64,000 bases of DNA from Candidatus Parcubacteria bacterium (GCA_026395595.1 JAPLYL010000005.1:12853-76852), one strand, 5' to 3'. Counted from the stretch's first letter, positions 29,143-39,308 are shown. Numbers and translations: made by a program. Notes: generated from the sequence alone by a model not told the origin.

Positions 29143-30243
29143 TTAGTGCAAACCTCTTTGCCGGTCTTTTTCATCTTCCGTGCGTAATCGGTCGCGGGTA
29201 TTTTTGTAGTTTTCCAAAGCCTCTCGCGGAATCAATTTGTCATCAAGCACTGCCTCAAGCACGTGAGTCCAAAAAAGAATCCGCGCTTTGTTGAGGACTA
29301 AAAGGTTTCCTGAACTTTTTGAAAGAGTATTGACATAATACCAGATGATCTCGCCCAAACGATAAACTCTCATCAAACGAAGAGAAAGCGTTTCTTCTTC
29401 CGTACGGTTATCTCGCACATATTGTATCAAAGCCTGTTCTATTGCCGGATTATATAATGCCATAAAGTTGATGCAGCGCGCCCATCCCTCATATTTGTTT
29501 CCGAAACGAAGCGCCGAGCTATCAAGCAAATAGATATTTTCCCCGACAATTCTGATATTATGCGGAACAAAGTCAACGTGCGTCAGAAATCCGGAATACT
29601 GTTCTATGGTATATTTTTCACGAGAAAGAAACTCTCTTGCACGCAAAAGCGTTTTTTCCAAAGCCGCATCTTTCATTCGGTCGTTGATTTTATTTTTGAA
29701 TTCATCAAACGATTTCAAATACCCTTCCGCGTCTATGGAACCGAAATTTTTTCGAGCAAATCGAAAATGCTCATAGGTAGCGGCCCGCGCTCCTTCTTGA
29801 GCTTTAAAAGATTTAAGGAGAAGACGAAACTGCTCCGCATTCGTACGTTCCAAAAATGAGCAATCCTGCTCTATGAATTTTTGGATAAAAATCATTCTTC
29901 CCGCCTTTTTGACAAACAAAATTTCTTCAGGAGAGAAAAAAACGTGATAGGCGAATTTCATTTTCTTAAGCGCATGGCGGCATTTGCGTTCACGCAAAAT
30001 CTCTCTCATTCCGGATATCTGTTCTGTCGTTTTTATAATAACGCGGGTCCCATCTTTCCTACGACCGACAAGGATCAGTTTTTTTCCGCTCTCGGTCGTT
30101 ATCGCCTGCATAAGATATCTTTCGCCTCCAAGATGAGGCTGACGTTCCTCCAGAGTAAAACCGAATTCAGAGAGAATAGTCCGAACTATTTCAAGCTCGC
30201 GTTTACAGTATGTCTCCCATTCATGTTTAATGTCTTCCTGCAT
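29143..30243 (-). CDS. Kinase-like (APH/phosphotransferase) protein
   Basis: VIIK, THVDFVPHNI and YLLD motifs. Confidence 0.7.
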   Translation of the reverse strand: MQEDIKHEWETYCKRELEIVRTILSEFGFTLEERQPHLGGERYLMQAITTESGKKLILVGRRKDGTRVIIKTTEQISGMREILRERKCRHALKKMKFAYHVFFSPEEILFVKKAGRMIFIQKFIEQDCSFLERTNAEQFRLLLKSFKAQEGARAATYEHFRFARKNFGSIDAEGYLKSFDEFKNKINDRMKDAALEKTLLRAREFLSREKYTIEQYSGFLTHVDFVPHNIRIVGENIYLLDSSALRFGNKYEGWARCINFMALYNPAIEQALIQYVRDNRTEEETLSLRLMRVYRLGEIIWYYVNTLSKSSGNLLVLNKARILFWTHVLEAVLDDKLIPREALENYKNTRDRLRTEDEKDRQRGLH

Positions 30244-30778
30244 GTTCAAAATTTTCTAAAAGTTGTTTGATATGTTGATTCCAAGAAGAATCATATTCGT
30301 CTTTTGTCCCCTTTGACGGCAATCCGAAAGGCAGTATCTCCGGCCGTTCCATCGGCGTTTCCAAAATTTCCCGAACCGCTTGCTTCTTTGCAAAAGAACG
30401 GATCTTCCTTAGAAAAAAATTTTTTGACAAACGAGTTTCAACCGCCTTATCTCCCAAATGAATAAAAAACGGACGATGAAGCGTAAAAGAAACAAGGGAG
30501 GAAGGCAATTCAGTAGAAGCTCCATTTTCAGAATACAAAACGTCTGATTTTTTCAGAACAAAGAAAAGCGTTATCGTATAGAGAACGAGACGGACGGCGA
30601 GCGGCCATCGTTTGTCCACTGAAAAAATACGGACGCCGACAGTTTTTTCTGGAAACCGTGAATAAGCGACAACGGTAACATCGTGTTTTTTACCGAGCGT
30701 TTCGGCCAGTTTTTTGGCGTACAACGCCATCGGTTCCGTATCCGGAGGATAAAACGGTGTGGCAATAACAATCTTCAT
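30227..30778 (-). CDS. GT4 N-terminal-like protein
   Basis: MKIVIATPFYPPD start typical of GT-B glycosyltransferases; no C-terminal domain. Confidence 0.65.
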   Translation of the reverse strand: MKIVIATPFYPPDTEPMALYAKKLAETLGKKHDVTVVAYSRFPEKTVGVRIFSVDKRWPLAVRLVLYTITLFFVLKKSDVLYSENGASTELPSSLVSFTLHRPFFIHLGDKAVETRLSKNFFLRKIRSFAKKQAVREILETPMERPEILPFGLPSKGTKDEYDSSWNQHIKQLLENFEHAGRH

Positions 30779-30886
30779 ATGCCGAATTATAACATGAGGT
30801 GAAGAGATAAGGAAACATTATTTTTGTGGCGGTATAATTTCCTCTATGGTAAAATGAATGGATTACAAATTATTTAAAGCGTTTTT

Positions 30887-31732
30887 ATGAAAAATAAAAA
30901 ACACAACGGAAAACCCGTCCACCACGAAGAGCATCACGAGCATGAACATCGAGAGGCTCATGAGACTCAAGAAGAAAACGTGCCGCTCGTGGCTTCAGAA
31001 AGCAATCCTATTATGATTCCTGTTGCCATCGTTATCGCGGGTATCATCATTGCGGGAGCAATTGTCTGGAGCAGTTCACGAACCTCAACTCCGCCCCCGG
31101 CGCCGGGGTCTCCTGCTGCTCAGCTCAAAAAAGGAACCATCGCGGAAGAAATCGGATTGAACAAGAAAAAATTTGCCGAATGTCTCGCGAGCCGAAAATA
31201 TCAGCCGGTCGTCCAAGCAATGGTTGATGCCGGAGTAAAAAACGGAGTCCAAGGAACGCCTTTCACGGTCATTGTCGCCAAGAATGGCGCCATGCTTGAG
31301 ATCAATGGTGCGCAATCGGCGGAAGATGTGAAAAAGGTCATTGACCTCGCTTTAAGCGGCAAAGCGGAAACAGGGATCAGTTCAAACACCGGAAAACTTT
31401 TAACGGAAGATCCGGTTACGGCAAAAGATCATATTCTCGGAAATCCGAATGCTGACGTAAAGATTATTACTCACGCCGACCTTGAATGTCCGTTCTGTAA
31501 ACGATTCCATGCCACCATGGAAGACGTTATGAAGCAGTATCAAGCGGAAGGAAAAGTCGCCTGGGTAATCAGACACTTCCCTCTTACTCAACTCCATGAT
31601 AAAGCTCCGCTTGAGGCCGAAGCGTCTGAATGCGCGAACGAACTTGGAGGAAATGCTAAATTCTGGGAATACGTCAGTCTCTTGGAAAAAATCACTCCGG
31701 CAAACAACGGTCTGGATTCTTCTCTCTTATAA
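30887..31732 (+). CDS. Membrane-anchored DsbA-family oxidoreductase with circularly permuted order
   Basis: GVQGTP cis-Pro loop (aa ~120-125) precedes DHILG...ECPFC (aa ~181-204); His-rich N-tail and one TM. Confidence 0.9.
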   Translation: MKNKKHNGKPVHHEEHHEHEHREAHETQEENVPLVASESNPIMIPVAIVIAGIIIAGAIVWSSSRTSTPPPAPGSPAAQLKKGTIAEEIGLNKKKFAECLASRKYQPVVQAMVDAGVKNGVQGTPFTVIVAKNGAMLEINGAQSAEDVKKVIDLALSGKAETGISSNTGKLLTEDPVTAKDHILGNPNADVKIITHADLECPFCKRFHATMEDVMKQYQAEGKVAWVIRHFPLTQLHDKAPLEAEASECANELGGNAKFWEYVSLLEKITPANNGLDSSLL

Positions 31733-31762
31733 ACAAAGTTATTATCACTAATAAGCATTTTT

Positions 31763-32332
31763 ATGACCGCAGATTATTCAATGGAGAAATTCAACAAGGT
31801 AAGCGAAGAATCTCTAAAACCGGAAGATAAAGAGAAATTGGAAAAGTTCCGAGCGCTCAAAATGAGATGGCTGGAATTAAGCAAAGACATTGACCCGAAT
31901 GCAAGCGCCATGGAAGCGGTCGCTGAAGAAATTGTTGCTCTCATAAAAGAATTTAGAGAACTTCTTCGTCCGGAGCAACTGGAATACGTATTGGGCGTCG
32001 GAGAAGAAGCTCATGACAAACTGGAAGAATCCTACTCGGAAACAAAAGAAGGACAATTGGAAATCGCGCATATGGAAGCCCATGTTTTTAATGAAGCATT
32101 TGACTCCCGATATAACCGGCTTCAAAAAGCGATAGAAAACAGGAAGAACGACCCGCAAGAATTTATCGCCGCGCTTACGCATTTTGACTCTTTTGTAAAA
32201 GAACTGAACGAAGGAGATCTCCGAAGCTATGGCGATGCGGTCAGAAACAGAAAGGATAACCCCGGCAACCCCTTCAACAAAAAAGAACCCGAGGATATAA
32301 AGCCGACGAATTCAGCGGTAATGTGGGGCTAA
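31763..32332 (+). CDS. Hypothetical helical protein
   Basis: 189-aa clean ORF directly after the dsbA-like gene. Confidence 0.75.
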   Translation: MTADYSMEKFNKVSEESLKPEDKEKLEKFRALKMRWLELSKDIDPNASAMEAVAEEIVALIKEFRELLRPEQLEYVLGVGEEAHDKLEESYSETKEGQLEIAHMEAHVFNEAFDSRYNRLQKAIENRKNDPQEFIAALTHFDSFVKELNEGDLRSYGDAVRNRKDNPGNPFNKKEPEDIKPTNSAVMWG

Positions 32333-32417
32333 AAAAGACCCTTTACAAAAATAATACTTTGTAGTATACTGTATCTAGGAGTAGAAGGCTCCTTACAGTA
32401 GAAAAGGAGACACAATC

Positions 32418-32702
32418 ATGTCTTTTAAAGAAAAACCGTGGCTCGGCGCATCGGCCCCGAAACCCACGACGAAACAAGAAAATCCGATACAAAGCCCCGA
32501 AGTTGTCGCTGTACATGAAGCCCAAAAAGCTTTCATGAAAAAATACATCGGCCCCGAAGGTTCCGCTATGGCGAAGCATGAGTTTGAAACATTAGCAAGC
32601 CATGCCCGCGCAGCGTCAAAATCAAAATCTGTCACGGCAAAAGAACGAGAAGAAATGAAAGACCTCGCCAAAACCGTGGATGAACTTTGGAAAAACAGAT
32701 AA
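32418..32702 (+). CDS. Hypothetical protein
   Basis: TTTACA-17-TATACT promoter, AAGGAG SD. Confidence 0.7.
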   Translation: MSFKEKPWLGASAPKPTTKQENPIQSPEVVAVHEAQKAFMKKYIGPEGSAMAKHEFETLASHARAASKSKSVTAKEREEMKDLAKTVDELWKNR

Positions 32703-32878
32703 GGAGAACAAATGTCCGAAGACGAACATACCTAATGAGCCTTTCTTATCCACAGAAAGGCTCATTTTTCATTTTAGATATTTCCCGTTAACAGGTACAA
32801 TAGACATAAGAGATTTCACTCTATGCAAGGTCTTTCCTTAAGGAGGAACGTAGCGAAGCGGAGTGACGGGGAAAGGAG

Positions 32879-32932
32879 CACCACAGGAGTATTTCCATTT
32901 TTATAGTCGCTCCTCTCCTTAAAAATTAGGTC
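32879..32932 (+). mobile_element. 54-bp dispersed element, copy 2
   Basis: CACCACAGGAGTATTTCCATTTTTATAGTCGCTCCTCTCCTTAAAAATTAGGTC inside a CAAGGTCT...AGACCTTG palindrome whose left part recurs at 6235-6259. Confidence 0.85.
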
Positions 32933-33040
32933 AGACCTTGGGGCTATTTCGCTGCATCAGAATCACTTACCCTTATCCCTATATTTGCATAAATCGCTCA
33001 TTCGTGCTACTTATAGAAAAACATACTATATAATACATCC

Positions 33041-35218
33041 ATGAAATTACTTATCGTAGAATCCCCTTCAAAAGCAAAGACTATTTCCAAATATCTCGGC
33101 GGTGAATACACCGTCGTTGCTTCTGTTGGACATATTCGCGACATCCCAAAAAGCAGCAAGAACGCCATTGATATTCCGGGGGGGTTTATACCCCATTACG
33201 AAATCTCCAAAGGCAAAGAAAAAGTCGTTGCGGATATACAGAACCTCGCCAAAAAAGCCGATGAAATTTTGCTGGCGACAGACCCCGACCGTGAAGGAGA
33301 AGCCATCGCTTGGCATATCGCGGAAGCCGTCAGTATCAAAAAAGCAAAACGTGTTGCTTTCCATGAAATTACGGAAAAGGCTATCAAAGAAGCGATAAAA
33401 CATCCGAGAGGAATAGACCAGAATCTCCGCAAAGCGCAGGAAGCTCGCCGTGTGCTTGACCGTCTCGTCGGTTACGGACTCTCCGGCCTGCTCTGGAAAA
33501 AACTCCGCTATGGCCTTGGCGCCGGGCGAGTACAGTCCCCCGCTCTTCGTCTTCTCGTAGAACAAGAAGAGGAAATCCGCGCCTTCATCCCGGAAGACTT
33601 CTGGGTTATTCACGCCGATACAGACACGGCAAAAAAAGAACGCATCTCGCTTGAATGTTCCGAAAAACCGCGCGAGAAAAAAATTGTTGACGATATTCTT
33701 GCAAAAGCAAAATCTGAAAAATGGAAAGTAATTGACGTGAAAGAAACACAAGCAAAACGATCCCCCAAAGCGTCGTTCACCACTTCCACTCTCCAGCAGT
33801 CAGCCAGTACTCAGCTTGGTTTTTCACCGAGCAAAACGATGAGCGTCGCGCAGAAGCTCTACGAAGCCGGTCACATTACCTACATGCGTACCGACAGCAC
33901 TAACCTCGGAGAAGAAGCGATCGCGGAAATTAGCGCCATCATCACAAAACTCTACGGCAAAGATCTTCTTGAAGTTCGCGCATACAAAACCAAATCAAAG
34001 AACGCGCAAGAAGCCCACGAGGCCATCCGTCCGACTCACCCCGCAAAAAAAGACGCGGGATTAACCTCTGAACAAAAAGAATTGTACGCTCTCATCTGGA
34101 GAAGAGCTATTACCTCGCAAATGAAAGACGCGAGTATTTTACGCACAAAAATTGTCGCAAACATTGAGAGTGAAAACATACCTCCTTTCCATGCGAACGG
34201 TTCCCGTCTCATCACTCAAGGCTGGCTTTCCGCCGATCCGAAAGCGCGCGAAGAAGATACCGAACTTCCAAAAGTCGCCGTCGGAGATACCCTTACTCTC
34301 ATAAAAATAGAGGAAGAAGCCAAGCAAACCGAACCGCCCAACCGATATTCTGAAGCCGGGCTGGTCAAAAAATTGGAAGAACTTGGCATTGGACGTCCGA
34401 GTACCTATGCCTCCATTATTAAAACGAACATTGACCACGGGTATGTATTGAAAGAAGGAAAAGCCCTCCGACCGACCGATACGGGCGAAGTCGTCATCAA
34501 CAAATTCTTGAAACCTCATTTCGGTGATATTATTTCCTATACCTTCACGGCTGAGATGGAAGAAAATCTTGATGAGATTGCTGATGGAAAACGCCAATAC
34601 GAAAAAACACTCCGTGATTTTTACACGCCGTTTGCCAAACTTTTGAAAGAAAAAGATAAAATAGAAAAGATCACCAATGTCGGCGATGCGCCAAAAGAAA
34701 TGCGTTGTCCGGTCTGTGGGGGCGACATGGTCATCAAACTCGGCAAGAACGCCAGCTTTTTGAGTTGCGCGAAATTTCCGGAATGTAACGGCGCCAGAAT
34801 GTTGGACGGACGAGAATTGGAAGGCCCGAAACTCTTGGACGAAAAATGTCCGAAATGCGACGGTGCTCTCATGGAAAGAGATGGTCGCTTCGGTAAGTTT
34901 ATCGCCTGCAGCAATTACCCGAAATGCAAATTTATCAAATCCGACCCGACCGAAGAAGCCAAGAAAAATACCGGCGTCAAATGCGGAAAGTGCGCCGACG
35001 GAGAAATGACCGAACGTCGCGGCCGTTTTGGAATTTTCTACAGCTGCACGAATTACCCCGATTGCAAACACATCATCAAAACCAAACCCACCGGCAGCCT
35101 CTGCAAACTCTGTGGAGAACTCATGATGGAAGGAACCAAAACCATTCCAGAGAGATGCTCGGATAAGAATTGTCCGAATCATAATCCGCATAAATTAGAA
35201 ACAAGCAAAAAGGAATAA
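33041..35218 (+). CDS. topA: DNA topoisomerase I with C-terminal zinc ribbons
   Basis: IVESPSK, ATDPDREGE, AGRVQ, ITYMRTD, QEAHEAIRP, GIGRPSTY, C4 repeats. Confidence 0.98.
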   Translation: MKLLIVESPSKAKTISKYLGGEYTVVASVGHIRDIPKSSKNAIDIPGGFIPHYEISKGKEKVVADIQNLAKKADEILLATDPDREGEAIAWHIAEAVSIKKAKRVAFHEITEKAIKEAIKHPRGIDQNLRKAQEARRVLDRLVGYGLSGLLWKKLRYGLGAGRVQSPALRLLVEQEEEIRAFIPEDFWVIHADTDTAKKERISLECSEKPREKKIVDDILAKAKSEKWKVIDVKETQAKRSPKASFTTSTLQQSASTQLGFSPSKTMSVAQKLYEAGHITYMRTDSTNLGEEAIAEISAIITKLYGKDLLEVRAYKTKSKNAQEAHEAIRPTHPAKKDAGLTSEQKELYALIWRRAITSQMKDASILRTKIVANIESENIPPFHANGSRLITQGWLSADPKAREEDTELPKVAVGDTLTLIKIEEEAKQTEPPNRYSEAGLVKKLEELGIGRPSTYASIIKTNIDHGYVLKEGKALRPTDTGEVVINKFLKPHFGDIISYTFTAEMEENLDEIADGKRQYEKTLRDFYTPFAKLLKEKDKIEKITNVGDAPKEMRCPVCGGDMVIKLGKNASFLSCAKFPECNGARMLDGRELEGPKLLDEKCPKCDGALMERDGRFGKFIACSNYPKCKFIKSDPTEEAKKNTGVKCGKCADGEMTERRGRFGIFYSCTNYPDCKHIIKTKPTGSLCKLCGELMMEGTKTIPERCSDKNCPNHNPHKLETSKKE

Positions 35219-35405
35219 GCAACAAGAAGAACAACGAACAGTCGCCGTCGTGTCCCTCCTCCCCTTTAAAAAGGGGAGGACTGAGGTGGAGTTGTTCTCA
35301 TCACAGAACTCGACACGACATACCCCCTTTTTACAGAGATAGAGAACCCCCCCATGACAAAATATTCAAAAACTCCCGCAACGTTTCCGTTGCGAGGGTC
35401 CAAAA

Positions 35406-35645
35406 TTATTCCGCTTTGAACGGATTGTTCCACCAATATCTTTTATCAAGCCCGTATCCGGAACGAGATTCTTCAACCAAGCCATACGCTTCTATGCGTT
35501 GCAAGTAGGCTCTTATAGGCTGAGAATTTACTTCTTCATCGGGATATTTCGTTTTGATTTTTTCAACAATATCTCGCAGCAAAAAAGATTCCTGTTCTGC
35601 TGTTTCAAATACGGCACTTTTTATTTCTTCAACCGATAGACTCAT
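35406..35645 (-). CDS. Small hypothetical protein, possibly winged-helix
   Basis: GGAGGG SD; helix-helix-helix then GLVE...RY pattern; terminator downstream. Confidence 0.6.
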   Translation of the reverse strand: MSLSVEEIKSAVFETAEQESFLLRDIVEKIKTKYPDEEVNSQPIRAYLQRIEAYGLVEESRSGYGLDKRYWWNNPFKAE

Positions 35646-35762
35646 TTTTTCAACCCTCCAATAGACAATTGAACGATGCTAAACAGAAGTATATATAATC
35701 CTTCCAAATTTGCAAACTTTACTTTTCTTCCAAAAAACTCAAAAATGTGTTATAATAAAATC

Positions 35763-37223
35763 ATGTCCAGCAACGTCGAAGATCTCATTTCCGCCATAAA
35801 AAATCCCACCGAGGAGGATAAAGCGCTTATCAAAAAAGCGTATGATTTTGCTGCGCTCGCACACAAAGATCAGGCGCGTTTTTCTGGTGAACCCTACTTC
35901 GTCCATTGTTTCGCTGTCGCCATGAATCTGGCCCAATTTGGTATGGAGACTAAAGTCATCGCCGCGGGTCTTCTTCATGATACTCTGGAAGATGCCGACA
36001 TCACCCAGAAAGAATTTGAAGCAAAGTTTGGAAAAGAAATACTCTTTTTAGTTGAAGGCGTTACCAAACTTGGAAAACTCAAATACCGCGGTGAACAGCG
36101 CCACGTGGAAAGCCTGCGAAAACTTTTCATCGCGACTACGCGTGATATCCGCGTCCTCATCATCAAACTGGCCGACCGTCTGCATAATGTCAGCACGCTT
36201 GAATTCGTCCGTCCCGACAAACAAAAAAGAATTGCCTTAGAAACCCTTGAGATCTACGCTCCCCTCGCCTACCGTCTCGGTATGGGTATCATTCGTCATC
36301 GGTTGGAAGAACTCGCCTTTCCTTACGCCTATCCCGAAGAATATAAAAAAGTAAAAGAACTTTTAAAGGCGCGCGAAGATGAAATACAAAAACGTCTGGA
36401 GAAATTCTATCGAACACTCAAAAAAGAAATCGCCCAAGCGGGATACAAACAATTCCGCACTTCCAATCGGATGAAAGGAACGTACAGTCTCTACAAAAAA
36501 CTGGTGGAGAAAAAAATGGATATCACCAAGATCTACGACATCATGGCGATACGCGTCATCGTACCGACGGTTGCAGACTGTTACGGCGTGCTCGGCATCG
36601 TCCACGCCAACTGGCGCCCGCTTCCCGGACGCATCAAAGATTATATCGCCTTTCCGAAACCGAACGGCTATCAAAGCTTGCACACGACGGTCTTCACCGG
36701 CGACGGTGGTATTATAGAAGTACAAATCAGAACAGAAGAAATGCATCAGGAAGCCGAATACGGTATCGCCTCGCACTTGGGATACAAGGAGGGTATCATG
36801 AAAAACAAAACGCGCATTGAAGACATCGGCAAAAAATATGCGTGGTTCAAACAACTGGTGGAACTCCAAGAAAATGTATCCCAGACGGGAGAATTCTTAA
36901 ACCATCTCAAAGTGGACTTCTTTGAAAACCGCGTTTTCGTCTTCACTCCAAAAGGCGATGTCATTGACCTGCCCGAAGGTTCCAGCCCGATAGATTTCGC
37001 CTACGCCGTCCATTCAGATATAGGAAGCCATGTCTCCGGCGCCAAAGTAAACGGGAAATTCCTTGCGATTACAACCACTCTCCATAACGGCGATATCGTA
37101 GAAATAGAAACCAAAAAATCTGTCTCTCCCACCAGAAAATGGCTGGAAGGTTCCAAAACGACATTAGCCAAACGACACATAAGAATTGCTCTGCAAGAAA
37201 ACGCAACCAAAAATACAAAATAA
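35763..37223 (+). CDS. RelA/SpoT family (p)ppGpp synthetase/hydrolase (HD, SYNTH, TGS; no ACT)
   Basis: R.SGEPY..H, LLHDTLED, KLADRLHN, KDYIA.PKPNGYQSLHT, EVQIRT, DFAYAVHS. Confidence 0.95.
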   Translation: MSSNVEDLISAIKNPTEEDKALIKKAYDFAALAHKDQARFSGEPYFVHCFAVAMNLAQFGMETKVIAAGLLHDTLEDADITQKEFEAKFGKEILFLVEGVTKLGKLKYRGEQRHVESLRKLFIATTRDIRVLIIKLADRLHNVSTLEFVRPDKQKRIALETLEIYAPLAYRLGMGIIRHRLEELAFPYAYPEEYKKVKELLKAREDEIQKRLEKFYRTLKKEIAQAGYKQFRTSNRMKGTYSLYKKLVEKKMDITKIYDIMAIRVIVPTVADCYGVLGIVHANWRPLPGRIKDYIAFPKPNGYQSLHTTVFTGDGGIIEVQIRTEEMHQEAEYGIASHLGYKEGIMKNKTRIEDIGKKYAWFKQLVELQENVSQTGEFLNHLKVDFFENRVFVFTPKGDVIDLPEGSSPIDFAYAVHSDIGSHVSGAKVNGKFLAITTTLHNGDIVEIETKKSVSPTRKWLEGSKTTLAKRHIRIALQENATKNTK

Positions 37224-37253
37224 TCCCCAAAGGTCGGACCTTCGGGGATTATT

Positions 37254-37520
37254 TTACCTTTCTTTGACTTCGCTCGCGTTTAAGTATCCCGATTTGAAAT
37301 TATATTGAAGCTGTTCAAGAAATAAAATGCCATCTTTCGGGAATAACTTTTTTCCACTGTCATCCGAGTAATTTTGTATTCCTTCATTTGTAACAAAATC
37401 TATAAATTTCTGATCGCCTTCAAAAGTAACGATGTCTCCCGAAAGATGAGCGGTGGCGAGAACCGTTTGAGAGCCGTCATTTTGCAATTTGTAAATTTGT
37501 ACGTACCACATAAGTAACAT
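37254..37520 (-). CDS. Small hypothetical protein translationally coupled to the upstream kinase
   Basis: ATG overlaps the kinase TAA (TAATG at 37522-37518). Confidence 0.7.
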   Translation of the reverse strand: MLLMWYVQIYKLQNDGSQTVLATAHLSGDIVTFEGDQKFIDFVTNEGIQNYSDDSGKKLFPKDGILFLEQLQYNFKSGYLNASEVKER

Positions 37521-38413
37521 TAAAAACTTGTAAAATTTTTCGGCTCTTCCGGTATTTTTTTATCTTTTATTATTATACTTCCGATTTTATTTACACGTCC
37601 AAAAAAAGCGTCAACTTCTTCTTCCGACAAAAGCTCTAAAAGCAACCCTCTTAATGCCTGTTGAGATTTTTCATCCCCGGAAAACTTTTTTACCTTTTCT
37701 GCTAGTTCGTCGGGAAGTTCCTTGCCAAAAGGATAACCGATGGAATTCTGATAAGAATCTCGACTAAATGAACATCCGTTATCAATGGCATGAACTTTGA
37801 TGTCAGAGTAATATCCGGTATGAAGCTCTGAAAACAAGAGATTTCCCATATGGCGGTCGCTGTTATGAATGAGAAAATCAAAAACCCATAAGGTTTTTAT
37901 CTGATCTTCAACCTCCTTTTCTTTTATAACAGTCGTATTGAATACATCCCAGTAAGAAGCCGTATCGTTAATAAATTTCTGAACGCTTCCCACCTCATTA
38001 CCAATCTTTTTTATAACTGTCGGGGGAACAATTCCGAAATCAAAAAACTGATCCACCAAATACGCGGCTCTTTCCCTCTTGCAGAGCGTCCCTTTATCAA
38101 TATAACGCCTTAATCCCTCAGCTTCTCCGGACGCTGGTTTAAAAATACCGATCTCTCCGTTTGTGAATTCAACAAAGAGTGTTTTATTCGCGCTCGGACT
38201 GCCATCCAAAGTCTTTGAACTTTTTTCTTCTGCCTCCTCTAAATTTTTAGGAGAGGTCTTATCTCTCCATGATTCTATTTCTTTTTGCTTTTCCTCTTCT
38301 TCCTTATCAAACGCTTTCAGGAGTTCTTCTTCTGTCATTACTTCTTTAGATGACGGTTTGAATTCGCCTTCCTTGGAACCGACCACCGCTTCAAAAAAAC
38401 CTTCAAGACTCAT
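37520..38413 (-). CDS. PI3/PI4-kinase/HipA-superfamily kinase (SCO1664-like)
   Basis: IFKP, RERAAY, VPPT, GSVQ.F, NSDRHMGN, AIDNG; likely start ATG 38413. Confidence 0.85.
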   Translation of the reverse strand: MSLEGFFEAVVGSKEGEFKPSSKEVMTEEELLKAFDKEEEEKQKEIESWRDKTSPKNLEEAEEKSSKTLDGSPSANKTLFVEFTNGEIGIFKPASGEAEGLRRYIDKGTLCKRERAAYLVDQFFDFGIVPPTVIKKIGNEVGSVQKFINDTASYWDVFNTTVIKEKEVEDQIKTLWVFDFLIHNSDRHMGNLLFSELHTGYYSDIKVHAIDNGCSFSRDSYQNSIGYPFGKELPDELAEKVKKFSGDEKSQQALRGLLLELLSEEEVDAFFGRVNKIGSIIIKDKKIPEEPKNFTSF

Positions 38414-38420
38414 AAAATAA

Positions 38421-39128
38421 TTATTGTTTTTTACCTTTTTTCCATTCGTGCTCTGACAGCACTTTCTTCGCAGCCATCTGTTCGGCGTCTTGTTTGGAAT
38501 ACCCCTCTCCTTCACCCATGAGCTTATCTCCCAAAAATAACCCCACACGGAATTTTTTATCGTGGTCAGGTCCAATTTCCTCCAGCACTTTATAGTTCGG
38601 CGTTATGCCGTAAAAATCCTGCGCTTTTTCTTGGAACAAACTTTTTGAATCCTGCCAGAGTCCTTTCCCGACCACTTCGTCAGCAAAACAAAGAATATAT
38701 TTGGCGATAAATTCTTTTGCGGTTTCGTATCCTTGGTCAAGATAAATAGCGCCGATGACGGCTTCAATGGTATTGGCGAGAATGTACTGGCGCGCTTTGC
38801 CAATGTCTTTCGCTTCACCCTTGGAAAGCAGGAGCATCTCGCCGAGAGAAAGATTCATCGCGATGTCGGAAAGAAAATTTGCGTTCACCAATCCTGCGCG
38901 ATAGGCGGTCAATATGCCTTCGGGTTCATTCGGATATTTTTTGAAAAGAAAATCGGTAGAGACAAGTTCAAGCACCGCATCGCCTAAAAACTCAAGCCGT
39001 TCATTATGCGTGAGTCCTTTTTCTTTCGCTTCATTGAGATATGAGCGATGAGTGAATGCTTCTCGGAGGATGTCTTTGTTTTTGAAGACGATGCCGGTAA
39101 AAGATTCGAATTTTGAGAAGTCAGGCAT
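38421..39128 (-). CDS. rnc: Ribonuclease III
   Basis: THRSY, NERLEFLGDAVL, C-terminal dsRBD (GPDH, SKQDAEQ.AA). Confidence 0.98.
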   Translation of the reverse strand: MPDFSKFESFTGIVFKNKDILREAFTHRSYLNEAKEKGLTHNERLEFLGDAVLELVSTDFLFKKYPNEPEGILTAYRAGLVNANFLSDIAMNLSLGEMLLLSKGEAKDIGKARQYILANTIEAVIGAIYLDQGYETAKEFIAKYILCFADEVVGKGLWQDSKSLFQEKAQDFYGITPNYKVLEEIGPDHDKKFRVGLFLGDKLMGEGEGYSKQDAEQMAAKKVLSEHEWKKGKKQ

Positions 39129-39187
39129 GAAATTAAATTTCTGAATTATATTGTAGTAAAAACTCTTATTATTGTCATTCCGGCCTT

Positions 39188-39241
39188 AACCTAATTTTTA
39201 ACGACAGGAGGGAGTATAAAAATGGAAATACTCTTGTGGTG
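39188..39241 (-). mobile_element. 54-bp dispersed element, copy 3 (reverse strand)
   Basis: Reverse complement CACCACAAGAGTATTTCCATTTTTATACTCCCTCCTGTCGTTAAAAATTAGGTT, inside a GTCATTCCGG...GAATCC...GGGATGAC palindrome (39174-39302). Confidence 0.85.
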
Positions 39242-39308
39242 TGATCCAGAATCCAGAGTTGGTGCATAAACCCTAGATCCCGGGTCGTTGCCCGGGATGA
39301 CAGATTGA

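Noticed and set aside
34139-35191. Long antisense ORFs (also 92-838, 5009-5734, 44017-44910)
   Set aside because: Reverse-strand shadows of topA, ftsZ, recQ and dnaE; no recognisable motifs
35763-37223. RelA/SpoT lacking ACT as a pseudogene
   Set aside because: Ends cleanly after TGS with a terminator; catalytic motifs are intact, and no remnant of the missing part follows
38414-38575. N-terminal extension of the kinase ORF overlapping rnc (similar over-long starts for miaA, rel, rnhB, the protease and the P-type ATPase)
   Set aside because: Downstream ATGs fit promoter/SD positions and family starts better
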